Source: Paraspadella gotoi
Taxonomy: Eukaryota > Animalia > Chaetognatha
Direction: 5' to 3'
DNA: 64,000 bases
Assembly: GCA_051294375.1 (NCBI GenBank)
Contig: CM119266.1
Coordinates: 22,387,875-22,451,874, forward strand
This document shows positions 23,963-43,500 of this stretch, piece by piece (position 1 is the stretch's first letter; each line of letters starts with the position of its first letter). Below the pieces are notes generated by a model that was not told the DNA's origin, searched no databases, and saw only the letters and a list, made by a program, of their open reading frames with translations. Position numbers and translations under genes: made by a program.

Positions 23963-26574
23963 GCGGCGGCGGCGGCCTACCCTATTCGACGAGAAGTCGC
24001 GACTAACGACTTGGACCGTCGAAGACTCCATCCCAAATCGATTCGGACTCAGAAGACGACGACGACGACGAGGACGACGACGACGAGGAGAAAATCAAAG
24101 GAAGAAAAATGGGTTTCGCGGGATCGAGACAGGGAAAGCGCGGTAGCGATTTGGCGGGGCGGAAGGGAAGTGCCGGTAGTGGTAGTGATGGTGGCCGTTG
24201 AAGTGGTAAGTTAGTGGAGGAGTGAAAAAAAAGATGGATAAAAGTAAGTCGTGAATGATTTATAAAAGGGTGAGGTTTTTATAGTTGGAAAGAGAAGAGG
24301 TGGGTTCGGAACCCGTGAGTCTTCGGGGATGTAGGGATGTCGGCTTTGACGGCCGCCTTAGTCGGCAACGTCGGTCTCAAAAACTCCATTTATCTTTTCT
24401 CACGAAGCCCGTTTCACTACGATAAATGGTGAACGGATCGTGAACTGATTTAGGTTTATCAAAAAGCGATTCTGTCGCCGAACGAGAGAGAAAGAAAGGA
24501 CCGAGGAGAGAGTCGAGGGAGAGATCTCGAGAAGAGAAGAGAGAGAGAGAAGAAGAGAGAGGAGGAGAGAGAGAGAGAGCGAGAGAGAGAGAGAGAGAGA
24601 TTTCTTAGATAAACAGCGTTTGACATGAATTAGAGAAGTCAATAGCGCGGATTGTTGACACTCTTATTTTTCCAATGAAGAGATATTTAATTCGTTTCCC
24701 TTTAGTTATTTTCAATCATCGAAAATTAAGAATACGAAAACAGACGGAGGACATTTTCATTAAAAATTCACTGCCCCATCTGTTGTCTGTGGCTCCGAGG
24801 GTAGGCGCCGCGTCGTGCCATCGTTTCGGCCCCGCCGTTGTATGAGGGCATCGCGATACGATTCGCGGCATTGCGGCATCGCCGCACCGCTGACCTCCTC
24901 GCCGAATTGGGGTATTGTAGAACTCTTCTTCGTGTATGAAATTGGTACAACTCTAAAACCGGAGTTTTCGGTCGCTATCAAACTAACAGAACTTCTGCTC
25001 CTGTTATAAAGTTCCTGCAACTGAAATTACCTGTATACCAAAATAATGTATATTAATAATATTAATAATTAATAATGTATATTCCACGTATATACAAGTA
25101 ACGCTCACACTCCCTGCTCTCCACTTCCTCCAATTTTTCCGAAAGGCAACCCCCTACGACGAGAACGACGACGACGACGGCGGATTCCCGCCAGTCTCCA
25201 GAAAACGAGCTCTAACGAGAGACCCCCGACTATTTTACGCCGTTTTGAAGGAGCCCATTTTCGCGACGTCGCTCGCCCTTCGTAACCGCGTTTAGGGACT
25301 GATTTGTGCGTCGCCCGCGGAGAGGCGGTGACGGGCTGGAGTGACACGGTGAGTCGTTAGCGGGCGAGGGGTACGGCGCGATAAGATGACCTAGAAGGTT
25401 GAAATTATATTTTTTTTTAACTGTGGTTTTTAATTATTAATGATAAAGAATAGACTAGCGATTAAGAATAATTGCATTTGGTAGATTCTTGAGTCGTAAG
25501 AAGACGACAATGACGACATACGTATATTTCCTTTTTTAATATATTTTTTTTTCTTTCTTTCTTTCTTTCTTTTTTTCTTATCAAACAGACAAGATATCTT
25601 GTCAGGAACAAATCGTTACAAAACTTTAAACAAAATCTTCCAGTTCTGGGCAGAATTTCCCCGTCAGGTGTCCGATCGATCCAGTATTTTCCTCGCATCG
25701 TTTTGAAACAAATGGCACAGGAGAATCGAAATTGAGATTTTTATGATACATAATTTTTTTTGTACAGAATTCATCGGCGTCATCACTCTCCAATCTTCAA
25801 ATCTATTTTCTAGAAACCTAGTCTCCCTTTACTCTATCATGTTTTCTCCCTATTCCGCACTTTCCTCAACTGCTACTCCCTTAACCCCTCCCCTTTTCCT
25901 CAACCTCTCCTTCTCCCCCTACTCCGTCCTCTGCCCCCTCTCTCCCCCCTCACGACTCCCGATTTTTCTTTCTCTCTTTTTTTTCTCCCTTTTTCAAATC
26001 CGCTTCTCTGGCACGAGTCGGTTGCCACCATAATCTTTTTGGCACCGATTCCAGCGCCATCCAACACCAACGCAAATCTCTGGCACCGGAAACGCGAGCG
26101 CGAGAGGCGCTAAAGCTTTGGGACTAAATCAAACCCGCAGCCAGTGACATCTAATCGGTGGTCGGGGGAGGGTTCGGGCGGAAGAGGGGGTTGGAGGGGG
26201 GGGGAAAGTGGGTGGCGGAGGGCGAGAGGGGAAAAGAGAATTTCTTTTTTTTGTTTTTCTGATCGAGTATCAAAAAATAAAATAAAAAGTGGGATAAAAA
26301 AAGGAAAGGGCGAGTCGAAGGCGGGTGGATTAACGGGGATTTTCTTCTTTTTTATTCTTTTCTTTTTTCGGAGGAAAAGAAAAAAAATTTGATTCGGAAT
26401 CGCGAGTCCGACATTTTGTTTGAAGTACAATTGTAAAATCCTGGATCTTTACAATAATAAATGTCAAACGTAAAAAAAAAGAACTTGTTGAAAAATAAAC
26501 ATCACGCCCCCTTGTGACGAGAATGTGTTAAATGCCTCAGAAAGCTAATACGATCAGGTCGATGTAAGCTCTCT

Positions 26575-26608
<34 letters not shown>

Positions 26609-26709
26609 CTCCTTCCTCTCTCTCTCTCTTGTTCAAACCCCCCTTCCTTTCCTGACAGGTGCGTCGTCCTTGCGCGTTTAAAGCCGCCACGAAGCCTCCG
26701 CTCTTACAG

Positions 26710-26763
<54 letters not shown>

Positions 26764-27479
26764 TCTCTCTCTCTCTCTCTCTCTCTCTTCCCCTCTCTCT
26801 CTCTTCCTCGCTCTCTCTCTCTGCCTTTCCGCCCTCCTGCCTTCCTGTTCTGCTCTCCATCCGTGCCTCACAAAACCGGGTTTTTTTTTTCCTCCTTTTT
26901 TTCTCATTTTCTTTTTTACTCTTATATCTTTCCTTTTTTTCTCCTTTCTTTCCTTTCTTCCCCCCTCTTTTTTTTTCTCCCGATGCAACAGAAAGGAGAC
27001 GTGAGTCGCATGAACAATCAGCGCTGTTTTTGTTTTGAATCTTTAATCTCGGATTTTTTTTTTTGTTTAACCGTTGATTTATTGAAAAAAAAAAAGATGG
27101 AAAGTGAAAGAAAGAAAAAAAAATGAATAACCGATTTCTGGTCGGAAACGAGTTGTGAAAACTTGAATTAGCGGAGGCCAGGACTGTGAAAATAATATTC
27201 TGGCCGTTACGCTCGTTTTGTTCACGATTCTTTCTTTTCTCGATGTCTCCTCAACTGGTTAAATGCCAACTCCTTGTGTTTTGATGCTGGGCGGAGTACA
27301 ATATAGTATTATAATCTCATACTTAAGGGAGTGGTCTTTTCATACAATTGAAACATTCTTTGAAATATTATACCACTTCATTGATAGCAGTAGCCGACCA
27401 AATTTAAATTTTAATGGGAACAGCATTAAACAAATCCATTATTAGTATTAGTTATTGTGTTAAAATATTTTTTTGAAAA

Positions 27480-27900
27480 AATGTTCCGAACCATGAGTAA
27501 TTTGTTAATTAAAATTATTATATTGCTATATAATGTCAAATTTTTTTTTTATATTTTAAGTTTTTTAATTGATTCTGATAGAGCTCAAAAAGTTAAACAA
27601 AAAATATAATTACAACCTTTTAAGATTTTGATGTTTTATTACTAAAAATTAACAAAAACTATTAAAATTATCGGATGATGATGATGATTTTTTTAAAGTT
27701 TTTCCCAATTTTGACCCACTTATCATCAAAATATTGAAAAAAGAATTATACTTTGTGTAGACAACTTTTTATAAGCTATCTGAATCTGCTTTTAAAAATA
27801 AAAAATTCAAAAAAAATTTTTTGACATTTCCTATCTATAAATAAATATTAAAAAAATAATTACTAGTGCTTCTAGCCATTTTAGAAAATTTTGGTCCATT
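27480..27900. mobile_element. AT-rich palindromic MITE-like repeat (relatives at ~38090-38340, ~41885-41960, ~45200-45520)
   Basis: Internal inverted symmetry (GATTCTGATAGAGCTCAAAAAGTT .. AACTTTTTATAAGCTATCTGAATC) and shared blocks such as AAAAGAATTATACTTTGTGTAGAC across copies. Confidence 0.55.
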
Positions 27901-27974
27901 GAAAGCTTTCATTTGGGAAGGTTCCTAAATCAAACTTCTGACCCACCCCATTGACAAAGTTTGGCCCTATCATT

Positions 27975-28170
27975 GATAGGAAAGCCAGGTTCTCTGGGAG
28001 GGAATAAATGAGACTGTGAGAGAGTTTTGATTGAGAGCTTACAGGGACCTGCTATGTCATTATCTTGTATGAGTGATGGAGGCCTTAAACTACCAAAGCT
28101 TGTCCAAAGTCAGGAGCAAGATAGCTTATTTATTAAATGAATGAATAATTTATATTGGTTGTACCAATTT
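27975..28170 (+). repeat. Dispersed repeat, second copy at ~41260-41450
   Basis: Shared GCCAGGT..CTCTGGGAG.GAATAAA..GACTGTGAGAGAGT.TTGATT.A.AGCTT.CAGGGA..GGAGGCCT..CCAAAGTCA..GATAGCTTAT. Confidence 0.6.
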
Positions 28171-29207
28171 CATATATATATATATATAAAGAGACTAAAA
28201 AGAGACAATATTAAAAAAAAAAATCATAAATCCAATATTATTTTCAGGCTACGGTATTTTGTTCACACAACTTGTACGTAAAGTTGATCGGAATACTTGA
28301 ATCTTTCTAACGTCCTCTCCTTTTTATCGTCTTCTATATTTTCACTACCCTCTTGAAATTACAAATAAAAATATATTGCAATTCGAATGGCCTAACCTAA
28401 AAAAAAAACTGGATAAGAACACAGCTTTTGATACATAAAAAGTTTATGCTTTTGACGAATAGGGTTATTTACTTCATATCCAAATTTCTGTTTATATATT
28501 ATATCTTCACATCTTCACTCTTCCAAGCCAAGACTGTCATATTCCATCCATTTATACTCACCTTTCATCCTATAAATCTACCGACCAAATCACTTTTTTT
28601 GCTTTTGCTTTTAACCATCACAAATTAACTTCGCTTTTCGTTTTTCATACGCTTTATCCTTTTCGCCGCACAAACTCCTTGTTCGTTTCTTGTTCTTTAT
28701 ATTTTTGATTCAACACCTTAAATCTTTTTCTTTCATGAAGCTTCCTCTTCCTTTTCATTTTTTACGTAGTTTTTCAACTTTTTTCTTCTTTCTTTTCTTT
28801 TTTACATAGTTTCTCGCTGGTTGTTCCACCTTACTTACCACTTCCTACTACTAACTTTCTTAAATCTGAATAATATTTTTTTTACCATCCTAACTTCCTT
28901 CAGTTGTTTTCCTTCTTACCAGGCTTATTTCTATTTCCCCACGAAGATATTTTCTTCAACCTGCTTCATTCTACGTTCCCTCTTTCCTTTTTTCCTTTCC
29001 TTTTTTCCTTTCCTCCCTTTCCTTTTTTCTTTTCCTCCTTCACCTTCTCCCTCAGAATTTTTTCGGCTTTTTCTTTTCCTCCTTCATCTCCTCCTCATCT
29101 CGGCGAGTCCCTCTGTCGACTCGGTCCTAAACAACTTCCACACAAACGAGAAAATCATGCAAATCGTCGAGACAAATCTCGAATATGGCGGCATCCTCTC
29201 TCTCTCT

Positions 29208-29249
<42 letters not shown>

Positions 29250-29319
29250 CGGCTCCACCCACCAACGGGCCACATCCGCTTTTCTTTTCCCCTTCGCGTA
29301 TCATAAATCCTCCCACTAC

Positions 29320-29381
<62 letters not shown>

Positions 29382-29402
29382 CTCTCTTCTACTCTCCAGC
29401 CA

Positions 29403-34090
<4,688 letters not shown>

Positions 34091-36692
34091 AAAACAATAT
34101 TTACATCATTCATGGGATGAATTATAATCATTTTTAAACGTAAAGGACAACAAAAAAAAANNNNNNNNNNNNNNNNNNNNNNNNNNNNNNNNNNNNNNNN
34201 NNNNNNNNNNNNNNNNNNNNNNNNNNNNNNNNNNNNNNNNNNNNNNNNNNNNNNNNNNNNNNNNNNNNNNNNNNNNNNNNNNNNNNNNNNNNNNNNNNNN
34301 NNNNNNNNNNNNNNNNNNCGTCGAAACTTCTGTGCCTCCCCTTTTGTGTCGCGCTCCGCCGATGGCAACCAGTTTCGCTCACCGGACCCGATGGCGCTGC
34401 ATGACTCGCTCCCTGTCTCTCTCTCTCTTTCGGCTCAGGTTTTAGGACTCTCTCTCTCACATATCTTTCTCCCCATATATCCCCACAACCTCTCTGGCTC
34501 TATCTCCCCAAGCCTCCCCCTCCTCCTCCGCCTCCTCCTCTTTCAGGATTAATCCCTTTCCTAATCCTCGGATTATCCGTGTCGCTTCACGCCTGGGAGG
34601 AGAACTTTTTTTTGGCGCGGAGTAAAAAAAAAAAGGCCACGAGGGGGATCGTGATTCGGTCCCTTTAAAAGGGCCGAAGAAAAGAAAAAAAAGTTATCCC
34701 TTTCCTTTTTTCTTGTCGTGAAGGAAAATCACGTTCGGTTAAATGATGAATCTGTTTTTTTTTTGTGAGCGTCTCTTTTCGTGCGTAGAAATAGAAAACG
34801 TTTCAAATATTTCGATTGTTTTTTATTCGGTTGCTAGGAGACGGTTTAACGTTCTCCCCCTTCCACTGAGTCCTCGTCGCCCCTGTTGTTTTTTTTCCGT
34901 TTCTGTTATGTTTCTCTTTTCCCTCCCGCTCATCCTCGATATTTTCTTCGTCTTCATAGTCGCTCCTCTTTTTCGCATTTGTTTACATCGGCAATGTTTT
35001 TGTTTACTCCTGTCGGATCCCCGGATGTTGAAACATCCTTGTGAGATGAAAACAATCGCGCGACTTTCTGTCGATCAAAAGAGCATCGAGACGCGAACGA
35101 ATTTTGCGAAAGAAAAAAGATTGCGGCGCGCGGGTGAGGATGGCGGCAGCTGCGGAGGACGCCGAGCAGAGGATGCGACTGCTGCAAAGGTTAAAAGAAA
35201 GATCGAGTTCATTGGACAAACGAAATAAACAATCCGGTTCATAACGATATAAGCAGAAAGATATCATCCAGTTGAAAAGTGAATAATAGAAAATTGTACA
35301 ATGTACTGAACTAATTGTATCCCGCNNNNNNNNNNNNNNNNNNNNNNNNNNNNNNNNNNNNNNNNNNNNNNNNNNNNNNNNNNNNNNNNNNNNNNNNNNN
35401 NNNNNNNNNNNNNNNNNNNNNNNNNNNNNNNNNNNNNNNNNNNNNNNNNNNNNNNNNNNNNNNNNNNNNNNNNNNNNNNNNNNNNNNNNNNNNNNNNNNN
35501 NNNNNNNNNNNNNNNNNNNNNNNNNNNNNNNNNNNNNNNNNNNNNNNNNNNNNNNNNNNNNNNNNNNNNNNNNNNNNNNNNNNNCCCTTTTTCGGTCGGC
35601 CTCTTCCTTAGTCTTCCCTTTTTCTTTGTCCATTTCCTTTTTCCCAACATCGTCTCACTCTCGTTTTCCTCTTTGCTTTTATCTTCCATCGAAACCTTTA
35701 ATTTTTCGTTTTTCACTTATTCTTTTTTCNNNNNNNNNNACCCGTCTTTTCTTTCTATTCTGAGTGCTCGCCCTTCTCACTGAAAATAATAAATAACAAA
35801 GTAACTGATTAAATGTGTGATTGGCTGTTTATTNNNNNNNNNNNNNNNNNNNNNNNNNNNNNNNNNNNNNNNNNNNNNNNNNNNNNNNNNNNNNNNNNNN
35901 NNNNNNNNNNNNNNNNNNNNNNNNNNNNNNNNNNNNNNNNNNNNNNNNNNNNNNNNNNNNNNNNNNNNNNNNNNNNNNNNNNNNNNNNNNNNNNNNNNNN
36001 NNNNNNNNNNNNNNNNNNNNNNNNNNNNNNNNNNNNNNNNNNNNNNNNNNNNNNNNNNNNNNNNNNNNNNNNNNNNNNNNNNNNNNNNNNNNNNNNNNNN
36101 NNNNNNNNAGAAAGACAGAAAGACCGAATTCTTTTGAGTGTGACTCTGGTTGCGCCTATGCCGCTACAAGCTTCTGTATCCATAATGAATTAGTCCTCCT
36201 TCTTTTCGATGGAAAAAGATCCGAAGAGGAAAACGTTCGGTCCGCGTTTTTTTTTCCGGTGGTGGTTGATGATCCGACTTCGGGGTGGTCTCTCGTGAAA
36301 AATAACAAAAGAATTTGTTAATTTGTAATATTTTATAAAATGAATTCAATGAATACGTTTCATGTAGTTTCTTATTTGATTTTCTTCCTTTTTTTATCTC
36401 AAAAGGTTTGGGAATTCTGCCATAAAGAAAAATAAAGAAGAAAAGGAAAAAAGTTACTTCAGTCAAATGCGTGTTTTTGCGTGTGAGTGTGTGCGTGTGT
36501 GTGCACATCTCTGTGAAGGAGAGAACTCGAAAATCTATTCAAATTCCCGTTTTGAGGTCGAAACGTTTGATTTTTTTTCGCCTTATCTGATAAATAGGGA
36601 TGTCAGCCAGGCTGTGTCGAAATACTTATTATATTGCAATTCTCATTTTTCTCTATTTTACGTCTTCGCTATAAGTTTTTTATCTCCCTTTG

Positions 36693-36693
36693 T

Positions 36694-36784
<91 letters not shown>
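36693..36784. repeat. (TTTC)n microsatellite
   Basis: Direct inspection. Confidence 0.95.
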
Positions 36785-36785
<1 letters not shown>

Positions 36786-37500
36786 TTTTCTTTCTTTCTT
36801 TAACTTTTTTATCTCATTTTCTTCTTTCTAACTTTCTTTCTTTCTATCTTTTTTTTCTTTCTGTCTTTCTCTCTTTACCTCTTTCTTTCTTTCCATCTTT
36901 CAATGAAAGTCCCTTCGAGCCACTCTCCGCTTTCGGGATGAATTCATCAGAAAAGGGGTGTGACTGAATGATAATGAAAAACTTTAAGCGATCGACGACC
37001 CGCAGGGCGAGAGGCGTTGGTGACTGGGTGCTTGGGGTGATTGAGGTGATGGTTTGGGGTGATTGGTTGGGGCGATTGGGTGATGATGGTTAAGGTTGGG
37101 GTAGAATTGGCGGGTTAGATGCCGGGTTCCTCAAAATATTAAGTAGGAACAAGGAGCGAAAGTTTTTTCTAAATTTAAAATCCAAATATAACTCGAGCGA
37201 GAGAAAACCGCGGAGAATTAAAAAAACGAACCAAGCAAAAAACACTCTCATGTTGACAACATCGATGTTTTTTTGTGGAAGGAAAGAGAAAAAAACAATG
37301 TTGTATTTTTTGGGGGTCGAATCGCGAGATCGTATCTCTTTGTCTTCGAACTTCGAGGTCCAAAAAATCTCTCATTTTTTTTATCTTTTTTCTTTCTTTT
37401 TCTTATTCTATTTTTTTTTTTTTTTTTTTGAGGCGAGGGTCGACAAATCCGCATCAATTCGGCCAACACTTTACCTTATCAGCGAAGAAAGGAGAGAGAG

Positions 37501-37551
<51 letters not shown>

Positions 37552-40500
37552 AAGAGAGAGAGAGAGAGCAGAGGAAAAAAAAAAGTGGGGGGAGAAATTT
37601 ATGAAGGCCCAGATTTTTTTGGCGAAGAATAAAAAATTGATCGGGGAACAGTTGGAGGGATGATGGGGATTGGTGGGGTGGTGGCGGTGGGTGGGGTGGT
37701 GTGGTGGTTAGGAGTGACTTAGTAACGGAATTTCTTATCTTCGAAAGAATCGATTTGGTCGACTTTTCAATTTTATTTCTTGAGGGAAAAAAAAAAGTGA
37801 GAGGGGGATGGAGTGGGGAAGGAAGCTGATTGAGTCAGGGGGACCGGAGTTATTTTGTTTTATTATTGAAAAGTTTGGCCAATGGAAAATAGTTGGGATT
37901 AGTCAACATTAAAACTATAATTTTAAGTAAAAAAGGGAAATGGTCAATTGGTGAATACTCTGGGGAATCTGGCTTTGATGACACTAGAATTTCTTGTAGC
38001 TCAAAGCAGATAATTAATCTTAAATACTAATGAATATATATCTCAGTCTTTAATAATATATATATTTATGAGCAGAATAGTTTAAATATTTTTTGTCATA
38101 AGAGTTTTTTTTTTTTTTTGTATAGTTACTTGTCCTAAATATTTTTTCTATGTTGAGGGATTGGCTGAGTAGAGCAAAAAAGTTAAACAAGAAATATAAA
38201 TTACAGGATTTTAAAAAATGTTCTGTTTTCTCAGTAAAAATTAAAAAAAATTTTCATGAGTTTTCTTATTTTGGAGCGCAAACTTATCATAAAAATATTT
38301 AAAAAAGAATTATACTTTGTGTAGACCAACTTTCATGAGCCATTTGCGAGGAGAGTTGCGTTATAGAAGAGGATTATAGAATATCTGTATCACATAATAC
38401 ATGCTATAATACACCATATTAAAATTAATTACTAAGGAGTATATGACAGCCATATAAAGATATTTTTTTGGGTCCATCTGAAAAGTATAGCACTTAAAAA
38501 ATGTATAAATTTTATTGCTGATCGACGCAAAAATGTACTCGTCTAGAATCTATATTGTTGAACTCACACGACCCATGAGATGCGGCTACCACGCCTGATC
38601 TCTTGAAGTAAGTTAAAGACCACCATCGTTCTTCTCTGATCTCTCTCCCTGCAAAAATCACGATTCCTGCTCCCTGTAGGAATCAAGACGCCAGAAGAAA
38701 TATGCGCAAATATAGCCCTGCAGCTAGAACAAGATACTTGATCAAGTGACCATTTCCTGTCTTCACATAATGGGGTACAAAAAATTTCCTGAACAATCGT
38801 AAATAGATCATGTTCTCTTAAAATATTAATTTTGTAAGCTTAATAAAATTTTACTCATTTTTACCAATGCGTCCATCTAAGCAAGCAAACAAAAAATTAA
38901 TGACAACCTTTAATATAATAAAATACGAATCAGTTGCAAAAATTGAGGCCTGCTTAAATTTGTCTCGAGGAATCTGAAGAGCATACAAATAAACTATTTA
39001 GAGCAAAGATTATATTGGATTTTGAGAAAACCCATTAAATGGAAATACACGGGACTAGGGTTTTGTTTAACATTAGTAACATCGGTAACATCATTGAATA
39101 CGTTAACTTTTCTACCTAATATATCCTAACTGTAAAATCAGCAAAACCTAGAGTAAAAAATTATTGATCCTCATTAAAAATAAAGTACATCTTAAAGGAG
39201 GAGGCTCGAGAATCCTCCCTCAGGACCATATGAACAAGCTTCTTATGTCAAGCATTCACAAAAACATACTTCTAGGATCTTGTGGTTTCCTTATGAAATG
39301 GACGTCGACCAGTGGTAATAACTATTCAAATTTGAAAAAAAAAATGTTTGTTGTTTATATTCGAACTAGAGCCTCATCGCATCCATGGACAATACAGACC
39401 TGCCGGTTTAAACATGATTAAAACGTTTAATTTTTGGGGTTCCAGTGCATTGAAATTTATTCTTCTCTCTATTGAAAACCATATTCTCTGGATCATTAAT
39501 TTGACAATCATCGATCACCTTATCTCCTAACTCCCTTATCCATAGATTTATAACCTTAACCGTTAACCCTAACGCTCAAATCATTAACCTTAATCACTAA
39601 CCTTGTAATAAAAAGATGGTATGATGCGGTTCCGGCTGTCATCGAACTGTCGCGCGTGGTAAACGCTTAGCAAAATTTCCATCCAAGATACCGCCACGCT
39701 ATACGAATGAGGCGCGGTGCACTCTGAATTTGGGAGTTTGACAATTGCAACGTTTAAGGGTCTCCTAATTAATAACAATTTGGATGACTTATAATAACCC
39801 GATTTTAGGTCTTAAACGTGCTATTTACCATACTATGTTGTAGCATTCGTGAATATAATGCTCCTCTGAATGGGTTCTATACTCAAGTTCCGCACAATAC
39901 TAATCTCTAATTCCGGTCTATATTTTTACTTCGCCGACCGTGATTTGTTGCGGTCGGTCTAATTCTCTTTTTCGCTTCTTATGAGCAACGGTATAAAAAT
40001 CTTGCTACAAAAATATATCCCTTAAAAAAAAAAGACATCTGCCTTAAGAAAGGGGGTTCATAAATGAAAATCCATTTCCTCCAAAAAAATTTGTTAAAAA
40101 AATTAAAAACCCCAAATTTCCCTAACAAACCCCTAACCCTAAACGCCACCTAATCCCTAACCCAACCTCAAACCCATGTTACTAAACCGTTTCAAAACAT
40201 ATAAATAAAAATATTATTTTTTCTCCTCTTTCTTTCATTGTTTTGTTTCACTTACTTGTTTCTGGCTTCCAAATGTAAACCTTCTCTACTCAGCGACGAA
40301 TCCAAACCAATTCCTCCGTATCTTTGTGAAACAAAATTTTTTCAAAACTCCTTAAAATACTTCCATCACAAATACCACGTCTGTAATAACCTATATATTA
40401 CTCTGTGTTTAAACATAAATCGTGTTTTATGTGCGCTGATGAAAGCTTACATTGAAGCTTAAACAATAGTCCGAAATATTATGTCTTTCTTATAAAACTC

Positions 40501-43500
40501 GTACAATTCATTTTGCTAATCTCAAATCATAAAATAATTTTTTTTAAATTATTATTTATTATAAAAATTATAAAATTTATATTACCGAAACAAAAAATAA
40601 AATTATTATTTTATTTGCGTAATATCATGAGGCAAACGAGAGAGTACCTTATATGTGTATCGGCACTTAACAAACGCCTTGCGTCGCTCGAACCCACCGA
40701 CACGGTGGTGCCTAATTGCCTAAAGGTTTGCTCGACGTGCGTTGACCTGCAAGGGCCGAGGGGGGCGCGACGCGATGTGGTGAATAAATCCTTAAAGCTT
40801 AACCTTAATATTAGAGATTTGAGATATTTAACGGAAGGGAGAGAGCAGAAAGTTAATTTTTGTTATAATATCTACAACGGATTTACGCTCGAGCTTTTTG
40901 GACAAAGTCTACTGGATGCGATTACTTCTTTCTGTTCCTAATTGCGGCGGTCACTTATTGTCGTATCGTGGTTGAAATCGTTAGAGGGCTTTGTAAGTGC
41001 TCGTGAGCCAGCGGTAGCCATAAGAGAAGTTGGAAACCGAGTACTTGGAGCTTATCCGGAGCTGCATCCTGTAGTAAAGGGAACGTCGTCGCTAATCAGA
41101 GAATCGACTGATCACAATGGAAAGCAGGACGAGCCCAGCGAGGACGGCGGAAAGGATAGGAATACGGATCCGCCGAACTCACACCTAAACCCTAATTACT
41201 GTTTTTATGACAATTGAAACATTTTTGAAATATTATACCAATCTTCATCTGATTAGGTGATTAGGCCAGGTAGCTCTGGGAGTGAATAAACGGACTGTGA
41301 GAGAGTCTTGATTAAAAGCTTGCAGGGAATTTCTGCGAGAAATGAAAATTATGCTGTAAAGAGTAGGAGGCCTAAACCATCCAAAGTCAAGAAAAGGCGA
41401 AGGATAGCTTATGTTCATTTGATACATTACGTTGTCCAAGTTTCATTAGAATCCGCGACGCGATTATGAGCAATCTAGAGAATTTAAGGCTCAAAACTTA
41501 ACGATGATATATCGACTTGGCCGAAAGTAACCAAAAGCCGATGAAATTTAAATATACAGCATTAATATAATCTATCATGGAAAGCATAGATTAATATAAT
41601 CGATTAAAATATTTTTTTCGCAAAATGCTTCGTTGCTGAAAGGTACTGAGCCTAACTATAAAATGATTACTAATTATTATATATGTGACATATGGATTTT
41701 TTAAAAAAAGCATAAAGAGAGTGAAACAAAATATAATTTCGAGGCTTTTAAAAGTTACATTTTCTAAGAAAAGAATCAAATAACTGAATAAAACATAGAG
41801 AGAAAAGATGATGAATGATATAGAATTTTTATGGTGTTTTCTTATATTTTTGACTCTACTTAATACAAAATGAGAGAGAGAGAGAGAATTATACTTTGGT
41901 AGGACAACATTTTTAATAAGCTATCTGATCTGAGTCTTAAAAATTTTTAAACCTTAACCTATCTATAAAAAAATAATAGACTAGGGGACATAGAGCCACA
42001 CTAGCAAATTTTTTGTCGCTGTGAAATAATAGTCTTAAATATGCAATAAATTTTCGTTTGAGGCCTGTATCTCACACTACAATTCTGACAACCAGCCCTA
42101 CCGGAAAGGAAACAATACATTTGACAAAAAAAAAATCAGCAAATATAATACATTGGCAGTGATTTCTATCTAGGAATTAGGCATAAAAACCACTTTTTTC
42201 AATTTGTCTCAGAATATTACCAACTCAAAAATGATTAAATTGCTTTAAACTCTAAGACCAAGTTGGCTAGACTACGGGATTAAATTGAAATCCTCTACTG
42301 TCATTTTTCTAATTAAGAATCAGAACATTTTTGCCTACTTTAATAAAAAAAATTATGTCCATTTTTGTCCATTTTTTGAGACGTTTTTCTTGAGATTTGA
42401 TAAATGCAAGATCAATTGAAGAAAAATTTTTTACTCTGGCTTTTCCGGGTCCTTCTCTTCTTTAGCCTGTCTTGAAATGGTTCATTTGATGTTAATCATC
42501 TATTTGTTTGCTAAATGAATTAAATTTTTTAAATTGACTATCAAAACTTCCATTTTTAACATTTATTAAAATTCTGTTAAATGAAAATACTTCAAAAGTC
42601 CACTATTCTAATCAATAATCCCCATTGTTGGTGCTTCTGGTACGCTAAAAAAAATTAAGGCAAAAAATATTTAATACTTTAGCTGGAAAAAAATTTTAAG
42701 CCAACTTGAGAGATTTTGTGAAGGTGCGTTTTATTTTGAACTAAACTCGGTTTTTGACTTATTTATAGTTTTAATTAGCTGAAGAAACTATACTAAAGTT
42801 GTCGAATTAAAAAAAAAACCGCCCTTCTTTTAATTGAAGAGGGGAAGCGTCAGCAGATTAATTTTCGTTTCAATCGCATTTTTTGGCTGGAAAAATTTCC
42901 GCAAAAATCTGTCGATTTTTTAAAATTCTGCTTGGCAACCAAACTTCCGCTAAATCATACCACTACTCTAGAATTTTTTTTTTCTACATTAACATTTTAA
43001 AGATTTTTATACACCAGTATGATATGAATGCAAAAATGAGTGAGATGAGTGGAATGAGAAAAAGAGAGGAAGAAAGAGAATGGGTGAAAAAAATTGAAGG
43101 AGAGGGAGAGAAGAGTGGAAAGGAAATTAATATAATGGGGAGAGGGGGGAAACGAGGAACAATTGAGGAGAGAAGATAAAGATAAGAAAAGGGAGGAAAG
43201 AAGAATCAGATAGGGAGAAAAAACAGGAGATTGAGAAGAAGGAAAGAGAGAGAGAGAAGAAAAGAAGGGATGACACAGAGAAGGACAGAAAAGTTATGAG
43301 AAAGGAGAGATACACGAAAGAGAGAAAGAGAGAAAATAGAAGAGACAGAGAGAAAAATTCAGGAGAGAAAAATAGATATGGATAAAAAAAAGAAAACATA
43401 GTTTTAAAATAATAACGTAGTCCATTGTTTGCTAAAGCAGTAGTATATTTAAAAACCGCGATAGATCTGACGACAATTTAATCTTTAAAAGTTACGCCCT

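Noticed and set aside
35090-35110. RTNF peptide resembling the labial homeodomain N-terminal arm
   Set aside because: The following residues (AKEKRLRR) do not match helix 1 (T.KQLTELEKEF).
40513-41217. Two in-frame ORFs separated by one stop codon, and similar patches at 38540-39420
   Set aside because: No recognisable transposase, RT or host motifs. They may be decayed TE sequence, but this cannot be supported by eye.
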